Shown here: piece by piece, positions 25,271-25,485 of the stretch
How the letters are laid out: every line of letters begins with the position of its first letter
Position numbering within the stretch: position 1 is the first letter of the stretch
Virus record (IMG/VR): IMGVR_UViG_3300011441_000035
Location: 1-25,485 of that record
Strand: one strand, 5' to 3'
DNA: 25,485 nt
Origin: a virus
Lineage: Duplodnaviria; Caudoviricetes
Program-made: the position numbers and the translations under genes
The notes under the pieces: model-generated
What the model was told of the DNA's origin: nothing
What the model saw: the letters and a program-made list of their open reading frames with translations, nothing else
Databases searched by the model: none

Positions 25271-25344
25271 CACCGGATCCCCCCTTTGCAAAATTTTCCG
25301 TCGACGCCGATTGATCTCATCAATTCACTCCGGCGCCCGCGCCC

Positions 25345-25485
<141 letters not shown>

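Noticed and set aside
70-25314. Many long plus-strand ORFs (e.g. 1208-2215, 5303-6415, 15945-17150, 21425-22477, 23880-24992)
   Set aside because: Antisense shadows of GC-rich, G-skewed minus-strand genes. They are Pro/Arg/Ser-rich with no motifs.
25311-25323. FNR box
   Set aside because: TTGAT-N3-ATCAA has a 3-nt spacer; the canonical FNR site needs N4.

Overview
A 25.5-kb segment of a tailed dsDNA phage or prophage with podovirus-like architecture. A PVC/Verrucomicrobiota host is my guess, not shown. All credible genes lie on the minus strand as one tightly coupled unit with many ATGA/TGATG overlaps. In transcription order (right to left): winged-HTH protein, DEDDh exonuclease, two tandem HTH paralogues (the second a replication initiator with internal iteron-like repeats), DnaB helicase, small ORFs, terminase large subunit, portal, scaffold, SU10/DUF5309-type major capsid, head-tail adaptor, a lysis cassette whose only enzyme is GH75 chitosanase-like, four fibre/spike proteins, and the start of a probable tail nozzle gene. 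Most notable: (i) families of co-oriented 7- and 9-bp tandem repeats at most gene junctions that have a spacer; (ii) a gene split by one in-frame TGA followed by an fdhF-SECIS-like hairpin (candidate phage selenoprotein or readthrough); (iii) GH75 as apparent endolysin; (iv) a fibre-like protein with an apparent Sec signal peptide; (v) a phased 10-bp repeat array ahead of the head genes. All assignments come from motif recognition by eye; no searches were run.
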